Below, in pieces: positions 44,200 through 44,861 of a stretch of 44,861 nt of DNA. How positions within the stretch are numbered: the first letter of the stretch is position 1; each line of letters starts with the position of its first letter. The translations under genes were made by a program, and so were the position numbers. Source of the stretch: an uncultured Clostridia bacterium (GTDB taxonomy: Bacteria; Bacillota; UBA994; UBA5500); NCBI GenBank assembly GCA_964450265.1, contig CAYVCY010000003.1:1-44861 (forward strand). Reading direction: 5' to 3'. The notes beneath the pieces are model-generated. The model saw nothing but the letters and a program-made list of their open reading frames with translations, was not told the DNA's origin and made no database searches.

Positions 44200-44328
44200 A
44201 TGAGCAACACGCAAAAGAAGCGCGGTTTGCCGGGTAAACTACACAACTTGGTCGCACTAGGCGCGGCGATCCTCATCTTGCGGGGAGGGGAGGACATGGC
44301 ACAGGGGATCCCGGCCCCGGTAGCCTGA
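44200..44328 (+). CDS. possible 42-aa small membrane protein
   Basis: ATG at 44200, 5 nt after GGAGGG. MSNTQKKRGLPGKLHNLVALGAAILILRGGEDMAQGIPAPVA. Not in the ORF track (under 60 aa). Confidence 0.25.
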   Translation: MSNTQKKRGLPGKLHNLVALGAAILILRGGEDMAQGIPAPVA

Positions 44329-44396
44329 CCTTACCTTTCTTCTTGCGGCAGCTATTATTCTTTTGGTTGGTCGACCGAGCTTTCGACCGCTGGGTC

Positions 44397-44861
44397 ATGC
44401 GGGCGTCTAAGCCGGTAGAGCGCTTTCGCTGGCACGCTCTCTTGGGACTAGTGGTGTGCGTCATTTTCTTTTTTGTTACCTGGACTACTGTGCGAGAAGC
44501 AACATCATCCGGACTACCGTTGGACGCAGCCCTGCGTCGGGCGGCAATCTGGCTGGCTTGTGGCGTGACCTCTCTAGTGGCAGGTATCGGTCTCGTCTGT
44601 TGTGCTTGGCTGGGACCCCGTCGGGATGCAATGCGAAATCTGGCTCATATCAGTCAACCGTTGAGCCCGGATGAGCGTGACGACGAAGTGTTCAAACGTT
44701 CATCTCGAACTACTTTCATAGTCAGCATGACCCTGCTTTTCCTGGTGCTGCCGCTGATCGAGCTCTTGGTATTGCAGCGTTATCCCGTCTGGTCGTGGTT
44801 AAGCGGAGGGCTGATTGGACTCTGCTGGTTGCTCCCCTCTGCCTACTGGAGTGATCAGCTA
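44397..44861 (+). CDS. DUF2178-like membrane protein (3' partial, runs off window)
   Basis: Open frame from ATG 44397 to the window end with no stop. Two TM segments, then a PDERDDEVFKRSSRTTF segment, then two TM segments, as in DUF2178 partners of YozG-type regulators. Confidence 0.5.
   Translation, partial: MRASKPVERFRWHALLGLVVCVIFFFVTWTTVREATSSGLPLDAALRRAAIWLACGVTSLVAGIGLVCCAWLGPRRDAMRNLAHISQPLSPDERDDEVFKRSSRTTFIVSMTLLFLVLPLIELLVLQRYPVWSWLSGGLIGLCWLLPSAYWSDQL

Noticed and set aside
44200-44861. Possible frameshifted DUF2178 pseudogene (a small ORF in one frame, the main ORF in another).
   Set aside because: The ORF starting at ATG 44397 already contains the full TM-TM-DER-TM-TM layout. 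No frameshift is needed, and the small upstream ORF is reported separately at low confidence.

Overview
This window is the replication-origin-proximal region of a fairly high-GC, Bacillota-like chromosome. All calls come from reading the sequence and ORF translations by eye; no searches were run. It opens with an oriC-type DnaA-box cluster. The conserved block rpmH-rnpA-yidD-yidC-jag-mnmE-mnmG-rsmG-noc-(inserted peptidase-like gene)-soj-spo0J follows on the + strand, and spo0J contains two perfect parS sites. The remainder is mostly housekeeping or metabolic:
- a class V cysteine desulfurase-like gene and a DUF554 membrane protein
- a tightly overlapping 5-gene flavoprotein/Fe-S oxidoreductase operon (sarcosine-oxidase / proline-dehydrogenase / HcnABC-like parts)
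- a NodB-type deacetylase and an AEC transporter
- mgsA, a NUDIX hydrolase, an asparaginase-II family gene and sfsA
- a YabE-like wall protein, aroA-aroC and a D-2-hydroxyacid dehydrogenase
- an M28/DUF4910-like peptidase placed divergently from an ABC-2 exporter
- thiamine pyrophosphokinase, meso-DAP dehydrogenase, comB, PBP1A, an ECF sigma factor and an aspartate aminotransferase
- a T-box-controlled serS followed by six tRNAs (all four Ser isoacceptors and two Arg) with tadA interleaved
- an XRE/DUF2178 module at the right edge

I found no CRISPR array, transposase, integrase, or recognisable multi-gene defence or mobile system. The best candidates for something undescribed are modest:
- a low-GC orphan gene with a BamHI/BglII-like PD-(D/E)XK signature and no adjacent methyltransferase (18452-18943)
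- a translationally abutted pair of LiaX/YvlB-like DUF4097 proteins with oppositely charged linkers (19418-21817)
- the uncharacterised 5-subunit oxidoreductase operon
- a perfect Noc-binding-site palindrome accompanying the Noc paralog

Many long ORFs in the six-frame track are antisense shadows typical of high-GC DNA and were not called.
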